This document shows, in pieces, positions 16,301-25,500 of a stretch of DNA of 35,070 nucleotides. The notes beneath the pieces are model-generated. The model worked only from the letters and a program-made list of their open reading frames with translations, was not told the origin of the DNA and did no database searches. The DNA is taken from positions 1-35,070 of the IMG/VR virus record IMGVR_UViG_3300030433_001347. One strand, written 5' to 3'. The stretch comes from a virus (taxonomy: Duplodnaviria > Caudoviricetes). The stretch's first letter is position 1; each line of letters starts with the position of its first letter. The translations under genes and the position numbers were made by a program.

Positions 16301-17928
16301 GAGTAGATGGTGTCTAACCTAAGGACTTGTTCTGCCTGCTTTAAGATGGCCTGAGGTGTTGTCTTCTCAAGTTCACCTTTAAGCATCTTAACGAGCTTCT
16401 CACCGCCTTTGGCGTGGCCCTCGTTGAACAACATCTTAGTGTCTCTTTCAGACAACTTGAGGTGCTTTAGTTTATCTGGTGCATCAAACTCATATTTATA
16501 GAAGTGACCCAGCCCTTTGCGTTTAGCTTCGTTGATCGTGTGTAGCTCAAGCCTGTTCTGATAACTTTTGTCAGTCTCCTTTTTTAACTGAGGGAAGTAC
16601 TGACGCATCTTTTCTTTCTCGATCAGATACTTTTGGTAATCTTCAACAGAGTCAAAAATGTCACTAGCGTTGAAACGGTTGTCCCCAGTAAACTTGTCTA
16701 AATCCTTAGCAGCTTCTATAAACTCGTTCTTAATAAAAGGCCTGTTGAATTTGACAGTGCCGTCTTCAAAGACCGTGCGAACCCCGTCTTTAAAAACAAG
16801 TCCCTCAACAACCTTGAACCCCTCAGTACGAGCCTTAGGAGGCGTCTGGTATATATCAGGGTTAACTCCCTTTGCTGTTGTTGCGTCTGCGACTAACCCT
16901 TCGTCAGCCGCCTCTGGAACTATGTTGAGATCACGTTGTTCAATGTCAGCTACGTTTGATGCCTTGGTGTTCTCAGCGGTCTCTCTGGCAGTTAACTGAG
17001 CGTCAATTAGCTTGTCCTTGGCTTGGGACATTTCAGCGTGTGCTTCAGCCTCTTGCTTGGCTAATACGTCATCAGCGGATTCAGCAGCTTCCTCTGTGGC
17101 ATCAGCCCCTGCTTCTCCCACTTTGTCTTTGCCTGCTGCTCCCTTACGAAGCATCTTATCGGTCTCACCTGTGGCCGCTCTGAAAGCCACCTTGGCCCCT
17201 GCCATGAGGTAATTAGCAGCAGCACCTAACAGTGCGCCTTCCAAGGCAAACCCAAAGCGTCCCTTGAGGTTCTTAGCCATGATGTTCCCTGCCTCTTCAG
17301 TAGACAATGAACCGAAGTCATCCCTCTGAGTGACCTCATCGTAGGCAGCTTTCCACTCAGGGTTATCTTCAAAGAACGTGCTGGTCAAAAGCTGTTCATC
17401 CTGTCCTCGGAAAGCCAGTAACTCAGCGATACCTCCTCTAAGCATCCCCTGCTTTGCTATGTTCCAAGCCTGACTAGCGGTGCGTTTGTTGATACCTCCC
17501 CGTCTTCCTTTAGTTTTTAACTGGCGTTTCCTTAGTTCTTTTGCGGAAGCACCAAACGTTTTTTTAAGCCCCTTAATTATAGGGCCTCCCATGATAAGAC
17601 CTGTTCCTAGCTGGGATAAATCTTCAGTGATCTGAAACAGGGTGCTTTCAGGGTTGTCCTCAATGTAGTCCGAAAAGGTGGCCCAACGTTCCTGACGGCC
17701 TGCCACATCAGGGGCAAAGTTGATGGTGCTTTCACCTGCCTTGAGTACGCCTTTGCCTATCGCTTTGTATGCGTTCTCGTACCAAGGACGGTTCCGCATG
17801 AGATGCTGCTTGTACCCTGCATTCACTTCGCTGTCGGGCATCCTGTTTACGAGGTCTTCTAGCTGCGCCCCGTAGCGATCCATTTCGGATTGCGTCCTGT
17901 TCTTTCCGTATAGTGTTCCTACAGCCAT
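13330..17928 (-). CDS. Internal virion protein D-like (gp16 position, 1532 aa)
   Basis: Size and synteny. Motifs typical of podophage core proteins (EYWLNSILSG, PFIRTPVN, GWRPYS, SYARLDPF, DKSYL.G). Confidence 0.8.
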   Translation of the reverse strand: MAVGTLYGKNRTQSEMDRYGAQLEDLVNRMPDSEVNAGYKQHLMRNRPWYENAYKAIGKGVLKAGESTINFAPDVAGRQERWATFSDYIEDNPESTLFQITEDLSQLGTGLIMGGPIIKGLKKTFGASAKELRKRQLKTKGRRGGINKRTASQAWNIAKQGMLRGGIAELLAFRGQDEQLLTSTFFEDNPEWKAAYDEVTQRDDFGSLSTEEAGNIMAKNLKGRFGFALEGALLGAAANYLMAGAKVAFRAATGETDKMLRKGAAGKDKVGEAGADATEEAAESADDVLAKQEAEAHAEMSQAKDKLIDAQLTARETAENTKASNVADIEQRDLNIVPEAADEGLVADATTAKGVNPDIYQTPPKARTEGFKVVEGLVFKDGVRTVFEDGTVKFNRPFIKNEFIEAAKDLDKFTGDNRFNASDIFDSVEDYQKYLIEKEKMRQYFPQLKKETDKSYQNRLELHTINEAKRKGLGHFYKYEFDAPDKLKHLKLSERDTKMLFNEGHAKGGEKLVKMLKGELEKTTPQAILKQAEQVLRLDTIYSDQGMRYFQGRFMSFFMHHYGKNIAKQTDADALAKAVGFLHDTKGMTPADILEEQLFDSLDDFAGSTGMKPRHVLHRLIKGRGSHKRFFLNMKPEEVLDHSRQMDVNVARELNVRIMAYRMEQAIGMKKYRELSKQIADTDIRDLQTTPAGKKLVNDYLVEMEKQAAKIENMQKLRRSSGRVLRAWRDFNDSSITGIEAGRMLNARGGLRNIKKQAQRADAIFDGADNGLDGASAASDHLVKTTNWIDVHNEYWLNSILSGTKTQVINMLSTGLHMYYKPLEGLLGGIRDQPTRKAFTKSLVETAMINAQVTRVVGKLGLNKLRKISRLIDENKYLSNREEIFKGGSGEATDSYQQALGAVAGARKALRTGQGTLSEGSDLFDVTPPKAISRDLLSEGANEVTKNFMDFAGNVIRLPSRLMIGSDELFKQISFRASAMGRLASDAYETALEQGIKPKDITSDYIADYVGTQFHGLIRSSGRRYSNKALKEEAILAHQKATETAQKNMQPFDINQEDFIEQYKNQHQRGQLEEVSNYAMDYAEDVTFTRSLDADLKELQEHGLANKGKRSWLQDTQDMVHAHPWMRLLMPFIRTPVNLLKWPLQRLPIAGTDIQWLKNLNQRYQADMASGDPLRKAQAKGRVAAGRFYWFGFAAAAHTGTITGGGPSNPRERRNLMATGWRPYSVKVGDYYVSYARLDPFASVMGLAADLYEKTTEMGRDGEVDDSWLQAVMLGGAYSISNNIADKSYLAGINNVLQALIDPEHEFEGLIKRQGTAYIPKIISQWTPITDDAYVKKTYGLLEGLTSKLPFANQSIEPMRNYLGEPLESMYAPTVWASGLNPFLVSKAKNDPVLEELAHLGYGFGAPSPRIKGSRYLDMRKYYDPETGRSAFDRYQELIGEIKTAGGMSLRDALTKLFKSEYYERASLLAERDALHFEGTYRDPRVKAIKSIMAKFRASAKARTLKEFPDLLNATRSFDATVKNQLLDLIKT

Positions 17929-17929
17929 G

Positions 17930-20900
17930 TTACTTTTGTTTGTGGGGAATTGGTAGTGGGGTTATCCCGAAGTGATTCTCAGTCTTAAAGCGGTTCTGGA
18001 AGTATCCTTTTTCAGCAATGAGCAACCTGTTGAAAGCCTTGGCTAAGTCAGGGCGTTTGTCTGGCTTGTCATCTATTAGGAGATACTCGTAATACTTTTG
18101 GCGTTCCTGAAGTCTCTCGTACTTAGCAGGCGTGATCTTTTCAAACCTGTTTAATCCTTCTTCATCAAAAAAACCGTCCTGTGGTGACGATATGGGATTA
18201 AAGACACCTATGTCTATTAGAGCCAGTTCCTGCGCTATGACCTGATAAGGCTCCGCTTTTGTATCTTTTTCTTCATAGATGTCGCTTCTGTCTCTATCTA
18301 CAAAAACAGTACCGTTTGCTTTTGTTACAATTTCATACCATCGAGGGTTTACTTCGCCCCCTGTTAATACGTTCCTGAGATTCATGAACTCACTTTGTGT
18401 GATCCCGTCTTCAAGGTTGTATTTATCTATGTCTTGGTTTTGCAGGTAAACCCCCTTGACCCACTGCTTGACGTTCTCATTGTACTCTACGCCTTCAAAC
18501 CTAGTCACATCAGATTCTATGTATTCTTCAATAGCACGATCTTCAATGTCCTTGCGTACTGCTGTGGGTAAAAGGTGGGTGTGCCTAGAATTGATTAACC
18601 CTTTTTGTTTGTCCCGAAGTTTAACGTAGGCTTCGTGAGCCATCTTCCTTACGGTGGGTTCAGTTGCCAGCAAATCTATGCCGTGTGTTTTTCTAATGAA
18701 GTCTGCGTGTGCCTTAACATCCTCAGGTGCTGACTCTCGGTCAACTTCAGCGTCTGCTCCTCCCTGTTCCAGTTCCCATGCATCTAAGGCTTCACTTACT
18801 TCGGCCATTTCTTTTAACGAAGAGTAGACCAAGGAATTGTTTAGGTTGATTTGATCTTCCTTTATATCCAGTTTGACCTTCAGAGTTTGCCCTGCTGTTG
18901 GAACCTCAAGTACCTGTCCTGTCTCGCTGTTTAGCTGTGTCCAATCTAACGGATCAAAGGCCAACACAAAGTTCTTATAAAGTTTTTCTGCTGTGGCAAA
19001 GTTCTCAACGTGCCTTCGTTGATCCGTAGGGGTGTCTCTTTGTTCAGACTGCCTGAGTGCATTGGATGTCTCGTAAAGGTCAGTTATAAGTTTGTCCCTG
19101 CTTTTGTCTAAATCTCTCCTGACTTCCTCTAGGTTGGAATATCGCTGTAATCCTTTAGGGCCTGTAAAGAACTCAGGGGCTGTCCCTTGGCCATGAACAG
19201 GGTCATCGTGGTACTGCCTTTCCAGTTCTTCAAAGTTTTCTAATATATTTATGTTTGTGTCGGACAGTTTCCTACGCAGATTTTCCTTGTCCAATAGGCC
19301 TTCGTCATCGCTACGCTGTAAGGCCTCTTCGTAGAAATTGAGGATAACGTTTTTCTCAGCCTTTAGCTGATCTACCGTTTTATTCTGAGTTTCCCCTTCC
19401 AAGCGTTCAGCCCACACGTTTGCACGTTCTTGTGGGGTGAGGCCTTCTAAGGCCTTTTTGGTGTTCTGTCTGAGACGAGGAAGGAAGACCTCTTGAGTGA
19501 ATCGGGCGTAGGCATGTTGTGCTGCCATGATGTTCTTGTCGTCCACGGTAACCATCCGAAAGGTGTCTCCAGATACAGGCTTCCTAGCGTATGCAAGTAT
19601 AGTGGCTAGTTCATCTTGGGCATCAGAAGCCATTATTGAAGTAACCATGTTCTCTATGTCCCTGTCGGACACACTGTAGAACGAATCTAGTTCAGCAAAA
19701 GATTCCAAATCGGTGACCGCTGCGTTGATGTCCGCTTCTAAATCGTTGTCATCAATTTCATCAACAACATCCTGAAGCTGGGAGGCCATATCTATCCAAT
19801 CCTTGGCAGAGTACTGTCCAGAGTTGGCAGGGTTCATGGCGTCCCTGAATTGGTTCAGCATGGCCCTGCCTAGTGCCTTACCTCCGTTCTCTAACTTTGT
19901 TGTCAGTGCTGTCTGTAGGGCGTTCCTAAAGAGAAGTGACTGAGACTCCAAAGTAGGGTTAGCTTTGAACACAGCAGCCTTCATGTCATCCATGTTGAAG
20001 AATGTGTAAACGACATCATGGACAACTTCGTCAATGCTCTTGTCTGTCTTTCCTATGTAGTCATTTACAGCAGGCAACAACGGCTCCAAAAGAGGTATGG
20101 CTTGTTCGTTAGCTACTTCTGTTAGATCAGCCATCAGGGCTTTTCTAGCTCCTTCTTTGGCCGTCCCGTATGCTGCTTGGTTCTGTAACAGTTTTATCTG
20201 AACGCTTCTTATTGCGTCTGCGAAGATGTAATTGGAAGTCTGGTCGGCTTCCTTTTTGGACATCTGGAAATCTGGGTGCTGTGCCAGTGCGTCAGCTATT
20301 TTGTACACGTTACGCTGATCAAAAATGTCCAGACCGTGTACGTTCTTTTCCTTCAGGAAGTCAGCGTTCTCTTCCTGCCACCTGTCGTAGTTACCAAGGA
20401 CTGAGGTGACCTTCTTGTTTACCCTTTCTATTCTTCGGGCTTCTTGCCTGTCTTTAAAGATTCCTGCTTTCTGTTCTGTGTCAGCAATGGTACTCCAGAT
20501 CATGTCCACTGTTTGTGAACCTGCTTGTTTACTGATGTCAGCATATTTGGAAAACAGTTGGGTACGTCCCCCGTTACCGTTGTCCCGTGTCATGCCGGTA
20601 ATCTTACTCCAAGCTGCTGCTAGGTTGATTTCATTATCAGGATCAGAAGCAAGATCAAGGAACACCGGAAGGATTACCTCGTCCATCACTGACTGTGAAT
20701 ATCCTAGTTTGTCCTCTGGGAATCCTCCGTATTTTTTACCGAGAAATGTTCTGAACTCATTTAAGCCTTTCTTTAAATTAGGTGAGGTAATGGCAGACAC
20801 CAGTTGGTTCCTACCGTCTTCAAAAAAAGCCTCCTTGATGCTGACCTCGCGTCTGGCTTCGTTTTCAGCAGCATACTCCCTGATGATCTTGTCTCTGTTT

Positions 20901-21454
20901 TTGATCCATGACTCGCCATACCCAATCTCCCAGTAGTGGCCAACCTTAGAGTCTTCCTGCTCACGGGCGTCTGGAGTGTACTTGTTGTTAAACAGGTCAA
21001 CAGCATCATTGAAGAAGTCTGTACTGTTCTTGGCCAGTTGACTGATGTCAGCTTCAAACTCAGGATTACTTCGGACGTTTCTTATGTCTCGTTCTGCGAA
21101 GTTAGCTCCTGTGCTTATGATCTCATGTTTGTAAATTGCAGGGTTAGCCCCGTGAGGTGCGCCTATCTTTTGTAGATGCCTCTTGATGGCTACCTCTTTG
21201 TCAGTGACTCCCTTTTCTATTTCATCGTAATAAGCAGCAGCCTCTTCAGAAGACATCTGTTGTTTAGCTGCGGCATACTGACCAAGCACAGGGTTAAACC
21301 TCCGCAAAGACTGTGAGAGTTGTGCTAACGGGTTAGGCCCAACAGGTGGCCCTGATGCTCCCACTACGTTGTAACGGGCTGCACCGCCCACAGGAACAGT
21401 TTCTGGTGTTCCGAGTGCATCAACTGAAGGAGTTACTCTGCGTTTAGCTGCCAT
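17930..21454 (-). CDS. Internal virion protein C-like (gp15 position, 1174 aa)
   Basis: Synteny. Helical, charged protein with N-terminal LAQLSQSLRRFNP motif. Confidence 0.7.
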   Translation of the reverse strand: MAAKRRVTPSVDALGTPETVPVGGAARYNVVGASGPPVGPNPLAQLSQSLRRFNPVLGQYAAAKQQMSSEEAAAYYDEIEKGVTDKEVAIKRHLQKIGAPHGANPAIYKHEIISTGANFAERDIRNVRSNPEFEADISQLAKNSTDFFNDAVDLFNNKYTPDAREQEDSKVGHYWEIGYGESWIKNRDKIIREYAAENEARREVSIKEAFFEDGRNQLVSAITSPNLKKGLNEFRTFLGKKYGGFPEDKLGYSQSVMDEVILPVFLDLASDPDNEINLAAAWSKITGMTRDNGNGGRTQLFSKYADISKQAGSQTVDMIWSTIADTEQKAGIFKDRQEARRIERVNKKVTSVLGNYDRWQEENADFLKEKNVHGLDIFDQRNVYKIADALAQHPDFQMSKKEADQTSNYIFADAIRSVQIKLLQNQAAYGTAKEGARKALMADLTEVANEQAIPLLEPLLPAVNDYIGKTDKSIDEVVHDVVYTFFNMDDMKAAVFKANPTLESQSLLFRNALQTALTTKLENGGKALGRAMLNQFRDAMNPANSGQYSAKDWIDMASQLQDVVDEIDDNDLEADINAAVTDLESFAELDSFYSVSDRDIENMVTSIMASDAQDELATILAYARKPVSGDTFRMVTVDDKNIMAAQHAYARFTQEVFLPRLRQNTKKALEGLTPQERANVWAERLEGETQNKTVDQLKAEKNVILNFYEEALQRSDDEGLLDKENLRRKLSDTNINILENFEELERQYHDDPVHGQGTAPEFFTGPKGLQRYSNLEEVRRDLDKSRDKLITDLYETSNALRQSEQRDTPTDQRRHVENFATAEKLYKNFVLAFDPLDWTQLNSETGQVLEVPTAGQTLKVKLDIKEDQINLNNSLVYSSLKEMAEVSEALDAWELEQGGADAEVDRESAPEDVKAHADFIRKTHGIDLLATEPTVRKMAHEAYVKLRDKQKGLINSRHTHLLPTAVRKDIEDRAIEEYIESDVTRFEGVEYNENVKQWVKGVYLQNQDIDKYNLEDGITQSEFMNLRNVLTGGEVNPRWYEIVTKANGTVFVDRDRSDIYEEKDTKAEPYQVIAQELALIDIGVFNPISSPQDGFFDEEGLNRFEKITPAKYERLQERQKYYEYLLIDDKPDKRPDLAKAFNRLLIAEKGYFQNRFKTENHFGITPLPIPHKQK

Positions 21455-22017
21455 TATGATATTGTCCCTGCTGCTTTCCCACTAGCGTATGCTGCTCCTA
21501 CATCTCCTGCAAAATCTAGGGCTGCAGCGACTCCGCTTGGTTGGTTAATTGGTCGGTAATTAGACACCATGCGAGCCTGTGTGGCCTGTGATGCTTGATC
21601 TCTTTCTCTTCTAAATCGGTTAGACAACAAGTTCTGATTCAGTGTGGAGGCATACGTCAACTCAGCTTCCCTCTGATCAAACTCGTTTAGTAGTGCAGCG
21701 TAAGAGCCTCCTCCTATTCCACTTTCTAATGCGGAAGTACGGGCAGTTGCCGCCACGCTCATGGCTTGCCTCTGCATCTGAACACGATCCCGTGCTGCTT
21801 TATCCTGTGCCTCATTCTGCCTCGCAAGTGAGTCAGACATGTTTGAGGCGTGTTGTTGAAGCATGGATTCACCTACTGCGCGTTGGTGGCCTTCAATAGC
21901 CTTGGCGTCATTTTTGGCGGCTTTGTACTTAGTGTACGCGCTGGCCCCTGCGATAGCTGTTTGAGCTACGAATAGCTTACTACCGAGAGCGGGAATCATA
22001 AAAGCTGGGCTACACAT
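21454..22017 (-). CDS. Internal virion protein B-like (gp14)
   Basis: MC.P start, Ala/Gln-rich, ESGI.G motif, about 190 aa, synteny. Confidence 0.8.
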   Translation of the reverse strand: MCSPAFMIPALGSKLFVAQTAIAGASAYTKYKAAKNDAKAIEGHQRAVGESMLQQHASNMSDSLARQNEAQDKAARDRVQMQRQAMSVAATARTSALESGIGGGSYAALLNEFDQREAELTYASTLNQNLLSNRFRRERDQASQATQARMVSNYRPINQPSGVAAALDFAGDVGAAYASGKAAGTIS

Positions 22018-22525
22018 GTTTCGTAAATAATATGAATTTCCTTCGTTCTACTCCGTACTTCGGGAACTCCTTGATGAACTCAAAGCCCATCCATTCAAGC
22101 CACCTAAGATGCACAGTGTTTCTGGCATCAATGACATTGTAGAGGACTCTGTATTTCCTGTGCAGTTCATCTAAGATTCGTTTTGAGTTTCTGATAAATG
22201 TGCGAGACTCGGCAGTGAGATCGTCAGTTCCGAGGAGCCAGACCACGCCGCTTTCGGGATGCTCAGAGTCACGTGTACCAAAGATTCCACAGGGTCTTCC
22301 TCTTCTAGTCTTGATGGCGTAACACGGTCTGGAATGCACGACTCCATCGACAAGGACTCGTAGAGGAGACTCCCTTGTGACGGCAGCAACTTCTCTTCTG
22401 TCAGCGTCACGAAGTCTTCCTGAAACATATTCAGCATCTCCGGTTGTAGCATGTTCAATGTAGAGTTTTCCAAAGTCCCACCTAGCCTCTCCATCTGCTT
22501 CCTCTAGCAAATGTTCTTGCTTCAT
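22010..22525 (-). CDS. Internal virion protein A-like (gp13, GNAT-like)
   Basis: LR.AD..EV.A, G.VWLLGT and LYNVIDARN..HLRWL.WMGF motifs. Confidence 0.85.
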   Translation of the reverse strand: MKQEHLLEEADGEARWDFGKLYIEHATTGDAEYVSGRLRDADRREVAAVTRESPLRVLVDGVVHSRPCYAIKTRRGRPCGIFGTRDSEHPESGVVWLLGTDDLTAESRTFIRNSKRILDELHRKYRVLYNVIDARNTVHLRWLEWMGFEFIKEFPKYGVERRKFILFTKHV

Positions 22526-25500
22526 AATCAATACTTAAAAAGTCCGAAGGGTATGGGGTGTCATTCTTGACAACGATCTGGAGCCTGTCGTTTCTCTCCT
22601 GTACTCCAAACTTGAAGAACCCTTCCTGTAAATCTGCTGATCCCGTCAGGATCGAGTGAAGTGAATCATTGGCATACGTGTTGGTGATCGTGTTTTTGTT
22701 AGGAGCATCCATCTTGGGATTGTGAATGACATCAACAGTGAATGATCTAGCATTGGCATACTCTAGGAACGCCCTCTGTATCTGGTATCTCCCTGTGTCA
22801 GTTACCCTGTCGTGTTTCAGGAAGGGCTGACTGAACGTGTACTCCATTGTGTACAGTTCTCCTACCCACCAATCAACTGCTGTTAAATCTACGCCACTTA
22901 ATGTGAACGTAGTGGAGCCTGTAGTCGTGCTGGCTTTGAGTATGGAGCCTGCAGTCACTACTCGCGTGTTCGCTGTTACATTGTAGGGAAGAGTTATTGT
23001 AGTAGCTGAATACTGGTCGTTGGCAAAGTCACTCTTGTTTCTCTTTCTGTCTAGCCTGACAAGGTAGTCCATGCTGGTATCCTTGATGTCATCCTCAAAG
23101 GTTAAAGACTCAAGGTACATGACGTTGCTCCTGCGAAGGATCATGTACAACGTGTTCCCTATGAAAGAGATGTCAGTTATGTAATCATTAGCGGCTCCGA
23201 AAGTGTACTTGAACCATGCTGCCTGCATCTTCTCGTTACGCTCACCTGTGAAGTACTTGTAGACGTACAAGGTTGCCGAAGCGGTGTCATCGGTAATGAA
23301 GCACACAACGTCTTCGTTTGTCGCTGCTGCTATCTTACGGATACTTCCTTTGATGTACTTAGGAACGTGTCCTGTGGCATCGCTGGTGTCCATCTGGTCA
23401 GCATCTTCTACTGCTACTGTTAACTCCCCTACTCCACTATAGTCAGTCTTACCGTACCCATAGAATACAGAGCTACCTGAGACTACAGGCTTCACTCCTG
23501 TTAGACTCTCGATCTCGTTTGATGGAGACAAGGTAACTGTTTTGACAGACAGGAATGGGTCAGCGTCCAAGACAAACTGGGTCTGGTCACTAAAGATGAT
23601 CAAGCGTTCCTTGTAAGGTATCGCACTATGAAGTGTGCTGACCTTGTTGGTACTTGCAGTCACATCTATCGGTGCTGTGTCGAGAAGTGCAGCAGTAGTA
23701 GACCTGAAGAAATTAAAGTATTCCCCTGCCTCGCTAAAGATTATGTTTTCGCCAGAAAGGAACCCAAGGCGATTCCTAAACAGAAAAACATCATTAATAG
23801 TATTGCCAGTAAATGAGGGGAAAGGGTTAGTGGCTTCATCTCCAGCTTGCCTTTCATTCCATGTAAGTTCTTTTAACGTGAACGATCCATCACTTTCTCT
23901 GACCAGACCGACAGGCATGGTAGAAGAATCAAATTTGTACTTCTGCTCGTAGCCCACACACTCTACCCAGCGTCCGTGTCGCAACTCGTTAGGGTCTTCG
24001 ACATCTGCAACAAACCGAAGGTAATAATCATCTGCTTCCTCTCTGGCGTTGCCTACCACTTTGACTACGTGACCGTGGCGACAAACGTCAGGAAGCTCTG
24101 CTGATTCATCTACTTCAAAGTAAGTCAGCTTCAGGCCGTTACCTCCAAGATCGTCAGATACCTGTATGGAGAAACGTGATCCTTCAGGGTTCTTTAAAGC
24201 TATAGTGTACCCTTCCTGTATTACCGACCAGTTTTCGGTGTGGTTGTCTACTCGACCTTGCCCTGAGTACTGAGCCAGATACTGACCTTCGTGGTTAGAG
24301 TGAGACCACGTTAGCCCTAAACAGTCTTCATCGGTTTTGTGGTCTCCAGAGTCTTCGGTGTGTTTTTTAGTTATAGGAAGACCGTTGGCTTTACTGGGAA
24401 GGGTTGGACTGTAACTGCCTTGTTCTATCTTAGCGTTTGACGCCAGCATTTCAGCAATACGTTCAGTACCTATTTCTTCTTGTGTAGTGGCTCCTGACCA
24501 TCGGGCTGTCTTATATAGGAACTCTCCGTCCTCTAGTTTAGTGGCATTAAAGGTTGATGCAGTAGTTGCTGCTTGTACCCCTTTTCCCGTGTACCTTCCA
24601 CGCACAACTAAGGTTCCTGCTGAAGGCGAGAGGTAACCTGCAACTGCATAATTATTTACGTTCTGACCTACGGTCTCGTCAGGCCCTTCGTACCACGTGA
24701 GTGTGTGATCTTTGGAACCTGTTCCTGCTGTTAACCTGTAGGTGGCTGTCTTCTTTTCCCCAGCTTGACCGACATAGGTTTTTAAGAAAAACAGATTAGA
24801 AGCATTTCCTGTTGCTTCATCTCCGCTGGCGTTCAACTCCTTAACCTCAAAGTCTTCTCCTAAAGGTGATGAGGCTACAGCTTTAATTAAATGATCTACT
24901 GTCGTTCGCTTGGAAGCTGCTGTTGTACCTGCTTTAGCCCAACTAAAATTAACCCAAATGTTTATAACTCGGTCAGCCTTGTTGTACTCTATTCCGACAT
25001 ATTCATTCACCCTGTATTCTCTTGGGGGAATTAAATCTGTATAGACTTTTTCAGATGGGTTGGTTGCAGTAGATGGGTACAACCGAGAGGGGACAATCCT
25101 TGTGGACTTTGTGTAGTCCCAGTTTTGAAGCAAGCGAACTTGGTAGCCACTAAACTTAGAATCCTGAGTTTTTGCTTTTAGTTTTGCTACCGGAACCTGA
25201 ACGCCTTGGGAGTTAACCCCGTCTATTTTCAGTTCAGACTCTTTAGCGTTACCGCTGTACTGTTTGTTGACTTCTCCTCCTACTTTAATGGAATACTTCT
25301 TCCCGTAGTCTGCTGTCTTTGCCGTTATAAAAGCCTCATAGTTCTTACTGTATTTTATATCTGGAGCCGCCTCCGTCTGTACGGTCTTGTTTACTATGAA
25401 GGTGTAGTCAGCAACAGTAACTGCAGAGAGTTCAGCGGCTGGGTCTGTTGTTGCTGTAATGTAGTTGAGGCCGCTGTCTATGTTGACTGTCTTCTCTTGC

